From the NCBI GenBank assembly GCA_036498945.1, contig DASYEQ010000008.1:50923-114922 (forward strand): 64,000 nucleotides of DNA, read 5' to 3'. The translations under genes were made by a program, and so were the position numbers. The stretch is from Burkholderiales bacterium. GTDB lineage: Bacteria > Pseudomonadota > Gammaproteobacteria > Burkholderiales > JAEUOS01. The notes beneath the pieces are model-generated. The model searched no databases, was not told where the DNA came from, and saw only the letters and a list, made by a program, of their open reading frames with translations. Positions 57,897 to 64,000 of this stretch are shown here, piece after piece (position 1 is the first letter of the stretch; each line of letters opens with the position of its first letter).

Positions 57897-59455
57897 GGAT
57901 ACTCCTTGTTGAAAGCCTTGTGGTAGAGCTGGCGATAGCTGTCGAACATCATCGCCTGCGCGTAGTAGGTCTCGACGCGGCGGATGCCGGCCGCGGAGGC
58001 CCGCTGCCACTCGCGCTCGTCGGAGAGCAGCGAAAGCGCTGCCCGCGCCAGCGCGTCGGGATCGGCGATGCGCACGACGCGGCCGGAGGCGCCCAGCGCC
58101 GCGTCTTCGCCCGGCAGTCCCTCGACCAGCTGGCGGCAGGAGCCGACGTCGGTGGACACCGTTGGAACGCCGGCGGCGTAGCCTTCCAGGATCACCAGCG
58201 GCAGGCCCTCGCTGATCGAGGAGAGCACCACCAGCCCGACCTTGGGCAGGAGCTCGGTGAGTTTCTGGAAGCCTAAGAACCTGACGTGTTCGGCCAGGCC
58301 CAGTTGCTGCGCCAGCTCGCGGCATTCGGCGGCGTAGGCGGGATCTTCGTCTTCCGGCCCGGCGATCCAGGCTTCGGCCTGCGGCATGTGCTTGACCACC
58401 GTGCGCATGGAGCGGATGAAGGTCTTGATGTCCTTGATCGGCACCACCCGGCCGATCAGGCACAGCACCGGCGGCGCCGCCGCCGGCCGCAGCGGCCGTA
58501 ACGCGGCGTAGCGCTCGATGTCGACACCGTTGGGAATATTGCGTGTCTTCGCCGGCGGCGCGCCATCGGTCAATTGGCGCTGGCGGTTGGCCTCGTAGAG
58601 GGCGACGATATCGTCGGCGGCCTGGTAGGTGAGGTAGCCCAGGTGTTCGAAAAAGCGGATCCACAGCGAGCGGTAATAGCCCATCTGCGAGGTGTCGCGC
58701 TCGAAGGCGTTGCGGTTGTCGGAAATCCAGTTGGCCTGGAACAGGTCGATCTTGCGTTCCTTGACATAGATGCCGTGTTCGGAGAGCAGGAAGGGCGCCG
58801 GATTGCGGTGCTTCAGCAGCACACCCATGATGCCGGCGTAGCCGGTGGAGATGGCGTGGTACAGGCGCGCGCGCGGCAGCCGCGGCGCGATCTCGCGCAG
58901 GCGCCAGAACGGCGTGTGCAGGTTGCGGATGGTCCAGAAATAATCGACGAAGGAAGGGTCGGTGCTGTAGCGGCGGTAGCTTTCCTTGATGTAGTCCCAC
59001 GACTCCTGGCCGTAGAGAAACACCTCGTGGCTGACCTTGCCCTCAGGCGAGGCTGCGTCGAACAGGCTGGCAAAGGCATGCATGCATTGCGGGTTGCGGA
59101 TGTCGTTGTGCAGCAGCTCGTGCACCCGCTCCACCTCTTCCATGCTGCCTCGGGCGGCGCGCGTGGGCCGCACCTTGGGATTGTCCTGCTCTTCGAACAG
59201 GTAGACGATGTCCAGGTGCACCAGGTTGGGCGGCAGGGTGTAGCGCATGCTGCCGTAATCTTCCTTGCGGCTGCCGATGAACAGGGCGCCGAAGCGCACC
59301 TCGGGAAAGCCGTTCATGATCTGGTACACCCAGCTGGAAACGCCGCCGGAGACGAAGGGGAAGGTGCCTTCGAGCAGCAGCAGCACGTCCACGCTGTCGG
59401 CCTTCGGCAGCGCCGGCAGGGCGGGCTCAGATGTGGGGGAGGAGATTGCGGTCAC
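57872..59455 (-). CDS. pelF: Pel polysaccharide glycosyltransferase PelF (GT4)
   Basis: DVLLLLEGTFPFVSGGVSSWVYQIMNGFPE... plus a GT4 C-terminal half (SISEGLPLVILEGYAAGVPTVSTDVGSC). The proposed GTG start at 59455 overlaps pelE by 29 nt, so the start is uncertain. The longer ORF-track N-terminus is rejected. Confidence 0.85.
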   Translation of the reverse strand: MTAISSPTSEPALPALPKADSVDVLLLLEGTFPFVSGGVSSWVYQIMNGFPEVRFGALFIGSRKEDYGSMRYTLPPNLVHLDIVYLFEEQDNPKVRPTRAARGSMEEVERVHELLHNDIRNPQCMHAFASLFDAASPEGKVSHEVFLYGQESWDYIKESYRRYSTDPSFVDYFWTIRNLHTPFWRLREIAPRLPRARLYHAISTGYAGIMGVLLKHRNPAPFLLSEHGIYVKERKIDLFQANWISDNRNAFERDTSQMGYYRSLWIRFFEHLGYLTYQAADDIVALYEANRQRQLTDGAPPAKTRNIPNGVDIERYAALRPLRPAAAPPVLCLIGRVVPIKDIKTFIRSMRTVVKHMPQAEAWIAGPEDEDPAYAAECRELAQQLGLAEHVRFLGFQKLTELLPKVGLVVLSSISEGLPLVILEGYAAGVPTVSTDVGSCRQLVEGLPGEDAALGASGRVVRIADPDALARAALSLLSDEREWQRASAAGIRRVETYYAQAMMFDSYRQLYHKAFNKEYPWQASASS

Positions 59456-60470
59456 GGAAGTTGTCCAGCATGTTGCGTTCGGTCCACAGTTCCACCACCG
59501 CCTTGGTGCTGGCGGCCAGGTGCAGGCGCGCCAGGCGCTGCATGATCTGGTCCACCTCGCCGAAGTCGCGGCGGCGGAAGTAGATTTCGGCGAGATAGGG
59601 CAGGGCTGAAGCCTCCGGCTGGCCCAGGGCGATGGCTTCCTGGAAATAATCCTCGGCGCCGTCGAGCTCGCCCTGCTCCAGGCGGATGCGCCCGCACAGC
59701 ACCAGCACGCCGGAATCGTGTTCGACGTCTTCCAGCCCCATCGCCTCGTCGGCATAGCGCCGCGCCTCGGAGAGGATATGGCGGCGCAGCTCGCCTTGCG
59801 CCAGCGAGGCGTAGATCAGCTCCCAGTGCAGCTCGGCGAGATGGCGCAGGATGTCGTAGCGCTGCACCGTGGTCATCTCGCGTGCCAGGTTCTGGCGCTC
59901 GCGGCTGATGTGGATGGAAATCTTCTTTTCCTCCGAATCCAGCATGCCGAAGGCGATCAGGCGCACGTCGTCGGTCTTGTCGGCCAGCAGGTCTTCGAGG
60001 ATCGGGTTGGCCACCCGTCGCGACACCGCCTGCAGCGACATCAGCGATTGCAGGCGCACGTTGTCCGGCACCTTGCTGGTCAGCCGCGCGCGCGCCGAGC
60101 CCTGGGCCGTGCGGTTGGCGACCTTCGACTGGATGTTGTATTCGGGCAGTTCGACCGAGCGAGGCAGCGCCTGCGCGTCGTCGTCCTCTTCGCGGCGCAA
60201 TGTCAGGTGCACCACCAGCAGGAGCGAGAGCGCGCCGATCACCGGCGCGATGAAGGCGAAGTCGAACATCAGGAGCCAGGCGAGGATGGGGCGGCTGCGA
60301 TAGCGCCGCGGCAGCATCAGCCAGGCCACCGTGCCGAGCGCCGCGCAGGCGCTCGCGTGCAGGCCGATGACGGTCAACACCGCGCCCAGGCTGTGTTCGA
60401 GGGGCAGGGGGCCGATGAAGACGCCGAGATCGGCAATCAGCGCCAGCCAGGCCCAGTAGAGGGTTTTCAT
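59427..60470 (-). CDS. pelE: Pel biosynthesis inner-membrane TPR protein PelE
   Basis: 347 aa with N-terminal TM segments followed by a TPR-like helical C-terminal domain. It sits in the pelD-pelE-pelF position. Confidence 0.78.
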   Translation of the reverse strand: MKTLYWAWLALIADLGVFIGPLPLEHSLGAVLTVIGLHASACAALGTVAWLMLPRRYRSRPILAWLLMFDFAFIAPVIGALSLLLVVHLTLRREEDDDAQALPRSVELPEYNIQSKVANRTAQGSARARLTSKVPDNVRLQSLMSLQAVSRRVANPILEDLLADKTDDVRLIAFGMLDSEEKKISIHISRERQNLAREMTTVQRYDILRHLAELHWELIYASLAQGELRRHILSEARRYADEAMGLEDVEHDSGVLVLCGRIRLEQGELDGAEDYFQEAIALGQPEASALPYLAEIYFRRRDFGEVDQIMQRLARLHLAASTKAVVELWTERNMLDNFRDRNLLPHI

Positions 60471-60476
60471 CGCCGC

Positions 60477-61835
60477 CTAGGGCTCCACCAGCAGTTGCTC
60501 GAGCACGTCGACCGGGTTCTCGAAGGCGAAATCGATGGCGCGGATGCCGATGCGCAGGTTCTCCGGGCTTGCGCCGAAGCGCGTGCGCACCCAGGCGTCG
60601 ATCCGCTGCACGAATCCCTCCTTGCCGGAAGGCGAGGCGAAGGGCATCAGCACCACGATCACCGGGTTGCCGCCGATGGCGGTGCGCCAGTAGACGTCCA
60701 GCCCGCGCTTGATCTGCAGGAATTCGGTGGGAATCTCCTCCTTGCGCTCGCCGCCGAAGCTCATCACCACGATGTGGCTGGAAAGCCCCAGGCGCGCCTG
60801 CATGCGCATCATGCGCGCCATCTCCTCGGCGTACATCACCGGGATGTCGGGCAGGCGCTGGCGGATCAGGTTGACCTCGGGCGCGGTGCGCAGGTTGTCG
60901 GCGTAGTAGGCGAGGATCACCGCCGCCATCTGCAGGTTTTCCACGTTGAGGGAGAAAAACGGCATCTTGGTGACGGCCAGCACCCCGATCAGCGAGTTGT
61001 CGCTGGCCAAGAGCGGCGCCACCAGCAGCTGGTTGGAGCGGCGCTGCAGCGACACCTCTTCGCCCGCCACGTGGGCCAGGCTGCGCTTTTCCAGCGCCAG
61101 TTCCAGCAGTTCGTCGTCCTCCTGTAGCGGCTGCGGCTCGCCCATGGTGGCGACGGCATGGCCGAGGATGATGCGGGTGCCGCGTTCATGCGCCGCATAG
61201 ACGGTGGCGGCTTCGATGTTGCCGTATTGCGCCAGCAGCTGCAGCAGGCCGTCGGCGGCGGGCAGGTGCTCGGCGCTTTCGCCGGTATCGATCAGCAGGT
61301 CGCGCAGGCCGGCGAGCGCGTCACGCAGCGAGCCGGGGCGCGCCAGCATCTCCTGCTCCAGGCGGTCGTGCGAGAGGTTGAGCAGCAGATGGCGCTTGGT
61401 CAGGCGCGACAGGCGCTCGGTGACGTAGAGGTTGGTCTCGTCCATGCGCAGGTTGCGGTCGCGCCAGACGTCGGAAAATTCGCCGCAGATCAGCACCATC
61501 AGGCTGCCGCCGATGAAAAAGTCGCGCGGAAATTCGCGCGCCGTCGCCCCCAGGGCATCGGCCGCCACCCAGTCGCCGAGAATGATCAGCCCGGCGATCA
61601 GGCCAGGGAGCACGCCGTAGCGCAGCGCCACCAGCACCGGGCCGAACCACAGCCAGGGGAAGGCGGTGTTCATCAGCAGCGGATCGTCCGGCCGCCCCAG
61701 CCAGGCGAAGGCGATGAACAGCAGCGGCAGGATCACCACCTCGGCCCAGCGCGCGCGCGAAGCGCTGTCCTCCGGCGCCAGCGTTTCGGCGGAGAACAGC
61801 TGGTTCCAGACCTTGGTTTGCTCGGGCTCGGCCAT
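60477..61835 (-). CDS. pelD: c-di-GMP receptor PelD
   Basis: 452 aa with four N-terminal TMs, a GAF-like middle and a degenerate GGDEF domain. An RxxD I-site-like motif (KRGLD) lies at aa 376-380. Confidence 0.85.
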   Translation of the reverse strand: MAEPEQTKVWNQLFSAETLAPEDSASRARWAEVVILPLLFIAFAWLGRPDDPLLMNTAFPWLWFGPVLVALRYGVLPGLIAGLIILGDWVAADALGATAREFPRDFFIGGSLMVLICGEFSDVWRDRNLRMDETNLYVTERLSRLTKRHLLLNLSHDRLEQEMLARPGSLRDALAGLRDLLIDTGESAEHLPAADGLLQLLAQYGNIEAATVYAAHERGTRIILGHAVATMGEPQPLQEDDELLELALEKRSLAHVAGEEVSLQRRSNQLLVAPLLASDNSLIGVLAVTKMPFFSLNVENLQMAAVILAYYADNLRTAPEVNLIRQRLPDIPVMYAEEMARMMRMQARLGLSSHIVVMSFGGERKEEIPTEFLQIKRGLDVYWRTAIGGNPVIVVLMPFASPSGKEGFVQRIDAWVRTRFGASPENLRIGIRAIDFAFENPVDVLEQLLVEP

Positions 61836-61868
61836 GATCCGCGCTTCCGGGGTTGATTGCTGTCGGGT

Positions 61869-62417
61869 TTACTTGCCAGCCACCGCGGCGCGCACCGGGA
61901 TGCGGTTCACCAGGCTGGCCAGCAGCTTGTTCGCCACCCCGGCCAAGGACTCGCGGCTCCAGCCGCTCTTGGCGCCGGAGGCCGAGTAGACCACCTGGCC
62001 GTTTTCCAGGTCGATCACCTGTAGTGTTACGCCCACCGCCGGCTCGCCGTCGATGCCGACCTTGTAGCGCCATTCCTCCACCATGCCGGTGACGCCGTAG
62101 CGCATGCCGGCGCCACTTGCCCACTTGCGCGCTTCTTCCACCACGCTGCGCTCGGCCGGCTCGAACAGGGTATCGCGCGACAGGTTTGGCGGATAGTGCC
62201 CGAGGTTGGAAATGCCGCGCGCGCGCAGCAGGTTTTCGGTGATGGCTTCCGCCGCCAGCCCGGCCTGCGGCGTGTCTGTATGGTTGGTGATGGGCAGTAG
62301 CGCCCATTTGGCGCCGGTATCCAGCGTTACGCCGGGCGCCGAGACGGTGGTCGTGGTGGTGCAGGCCGCCAGCGCGAGCGCGGCGGCGAGCAGGAGCAGC
62401 CTTCGTAGCATTGTCAT
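61869..62417 (-). CDS. pelC: Pel outer-membrane lipoprotein PelC
   Basis: SD GAGGAGG, lipobox MTMLRRLLLLAAALALAAC. It is 182 aa and lies between pelB and pelD. Confidence 0.82.
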   Translation of the reverse strand: MTMLRRLLLLAAALALAACTTTTTVSAPGVTLDTGAKWALLPITNHTDTPQAGLAAEAITENLLRARGISNLGHYPPNLSRDTLFEPAERSVVEEARKWASGAGMRYGVTGMVEEWRYKVGIDGEPAVGVTLQVIDLENGQVVYSASGAKSGWSRESLAGVANKLLASLVNRIPVRAAVAGK

Positions 62418-62429
62418 GAAAATCCTCCT

Positions 62430-64000
62430 CTAAAAATAATAACGGTAGCGCAGTGCAAGTGTGCGGGCGAAATTGCCCGCGCCGGTGCCGCCGCGGCTGA
62501 TGTCCAGCCGCAAGGAAAGATGGTCGGGCCCGATCACCGAGCCGGCGATGCCGATGTAGCCGAGGTAGCCGGCGCCGTTGACCGAGTTGTGCTGCTCGCA
62601 GGCTTCGAAAAACGGCCGCCAGGCGCGGGTATAGGTGTCTTGCAGGTTGACGCCGCCGAGGTTTTCGCCGCCGCCCAGACAGGCGCCGACGTTGGTGCTG
62701 CCGTCGGGCAGGAAGTAGCCGGTGGACGACAGGCTGCCGTCGCCGATGGCGTCGCGCACCGCCTGCGGCAGGCGGGCGATGGTGGCCGGGCCGATGGCGC
62801 CGTTGCGGTTGACCAGCTGGCGCGTGGCGAAGACGCGCGCGCGCAGGTCCGGGTATTCGGTGCGGATGCGGTAGCCGGCCTCGGTCTCGACCTGGGTGGC
62901 GCTGCCGACGTAATCGCCGAACTGGGTGTAGAAGCGGTCGTATTGGGGCGCGATGCGGACGTACTCGCGCTTGCTCAGGTTGTAGCTCAGGCCGAAGCGC
63001 ACGTTGTTGGTGTAGCCGGCAACGCGCAGCGGGATGCTCTCGGTGGCGTTGCCGCGGTATTCGACGGCGCCGTCGAGTGAAAATCGGCGGTCGAAGCGAT
63101 AGTTGAGCGTATAGCGCGCGCCGGTCAGGTTGGCGACCTCGTTGTGGCGGAATATGGCGAGGCTGTTGCTGTTCTCTTCGCCCTGCAGCCAGATTGCCTC
63201 CAGGCTGGTGAGGCGGTCGGTATGCGGTGCGAGTGTATTGAATTCGGGATCGTCGGTGCCCTGGATGTTCTTGGTGTAGCCGGCCTTGAGCTGGATGTTG
63301 CGCGTCAAGGCGTAGCGGCCTTCGACCTGCAGGCCGCGGCTGCCCAGATCCCCGTAGACGCTGCGCGAGAGCTGCAATTGCAGGTAATTCGCATACAGCG
63401 GCGCGTGCTGGCGGAAGCGGTCGTGCAGTTCGTCGTCCACACCGCTTTGCTCCATGCCATGAAAGGCGATGTCGAGCGCCTGCTGCCAGTGGTTCAGCGC
63501 ATAGGCGGTGTCGTAGCGGTTGTAGATCGGCAGGCCGTCGGCGTGGGTTTGCAGCAGCCGGTCCATGGTCTGGGTGTCGTTCAGTTGCAGCGCGGTCTGG
63601 ATTTCCGCCCACAATGGCGGCGTGCCGCGACGGTCGGCGCGGCGCGGGTCGAAATTGTCCCGGCGCGTGGCAATGCGCTCGGCGGCCGAGCTGGCATAGC
63701 GCAGCCACATCCAGGCGCGCGCGTTGCGGAACTGTTCGGTTGATACCGCCCAGGCGATGATCAGCGCGCGCGTCTCGCGGTCGTCGCCGGTGGAAGTCGG
63801 CAGGCCGCGCAGTTGTGCCGCCACTTCGCGCACCAGCGCCAGCGCCGGGTCGCCGGGGCGGTTGAGCAGCGCCAGGCGGGTGACGGCCAGCAGGTCCGGG
63901 TCGGGGTCCAGCGGCACGGTCGGCTTGTCCAGCTGCAACTGGCCGCGCAGGCGCTGCCACACCTGCTGGCGCACGCGGTCGGCCACGCCGGTGAGCTGGT
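62430..64000 (-). CDS. pelB: PelB, C-terminal porin-containing part (N-terminal TPR part outside window)
   Basis: The frame stays open to base 64000. The C-terminus has alternating beta-strand sequence ending ...LALRYRYYF (OMP terminal Phe). The upstream part is helical-repeat-like, and the gene is immediately followed by pelC. Confidence 0.8.
   Translation of the reverse strand, partial: QLTGVADRVRQQVWQRLRGQLQLDKPTVPLDPDPDLLAVTRLALLNRPGDPALALVREVAAQLRGLPTSTGDDRETRALIIAWAVSTEQFRNARAWMWLRYASSAAERIATRRDNFDPRRADRRGTPPLWAEIQTALQLNDTQTMDRLLQTHADGLPIYNRYDTAYALNHWQQALDIAFHGMEQSGVDDELHDRFRQHAPLYANYLQLQLSRSVYGDLGSRGLQVEGRYALTRNIQLKAGYTKNIQGTDDPEFNTLAPHTDRLTSLEAIWLQGEENSNSLAIFRHNEVANLTGARYTLNYRFDRRFSLDGAVEYRGNATESIPLRVAGYTNNVRFGLSYNLSKREYVRIAPQYDRFYTQFGDYVGSATQVETEAGYRIRTEYPDLRARVFATRQLVNRNGAIGPATIARLPQAVRDAIGDGSLSSTGYFLPDGSTNVGACLGGGENLGGVNLQDTYTRAWRPFFEACEQHNSVNGAGYLGYIGIAGSVIGPDHLSLRLDISRGGTGAGNFARTLALRYRYYF

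Noticed and set aside
57872-59755. The long N-terminal extensions of the ORF-track entries for pelF (to 59755), pelG (to 59000), the aldolase (to 57795), the histidine phosphatase (to 55726), cobU (to 18492), btuF (to 17719) and acyP (to 19505).
   Set aside because: The extensions overlap the upstream gene in another frame and translate to Arg/Pro-rich nonsense. Internal starts give canonical N-termini (P-loop, signal peptide, RHG motif, MAGIGFELRK and so on).
63984-63986. The ORF-track start (GTG at 63986) as the true start of pelB.
   Set aside because: The frame remains open to base 64000, and PelB proteins are far longer, with an N-terminal TPR region. I treat this as a partial gene truncated by the window edge.

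Overview
High-G+C proteobacterial chromosome segment. Gene order and protein families look betaproteobacterial, but this is inference only. All homology statements come from reading the ORF translations and the DNA by eye; no searches were run.

About 75 features are supportable, and nearly all are tightly packed housekeeping or common accessory genes:
- the tail of the nuo operon (nuoL'-M-N) and lolCD
- a patatin / acetoacetate decarboxylase / 3-hydroxybutyrate dehydrogenase cluster
- zapA followed by 6S RNA
- a cobalamin-riboswitch-led btuB-type uptake operon converging on cobU-btuF
- a SulP permease, metG, apbC and dcd
- a NitT/TauT-type ABC importer, creD and an MCP
- a TetR-controlled OMF-MFS-MFP efflux operon and a K+ channel
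- surE-pcm-nlpD and rlmD
- a cluster of small stress-type proteins and a PaoABC-like molybdoenzyme
- at the right edge, the distal part of a Pel exopolysaccharide operon (pelB'-C-D-E-F-G)

No rRNA, tRNA, CRISPR, IS/transposase, integrase or phage genes were seen.

I did not find convincing evidence for a wholly undescribed multi-gene system. The signals that standard feature classes do not explain are non-coding:
1. A ~70-bp double-hairpin element is present twice (11365-11435 and 25572-25644), with compensatory stem changes and a conserved loop.
2. An array of four 21-bp near-palindromic units sits upstream of surE.

Protein-level oddities:
- a glutaredoxin-fold protein with no cysteine
- a secreted low-complexity Gly/Ala/Thr/Asn-rich protein with an internal repeat
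- a large TPR-methyltransferase fusion
- a class I (Schiff-base) aldolase translationally coupled to a histidine phosphatase directly downstream of pelG
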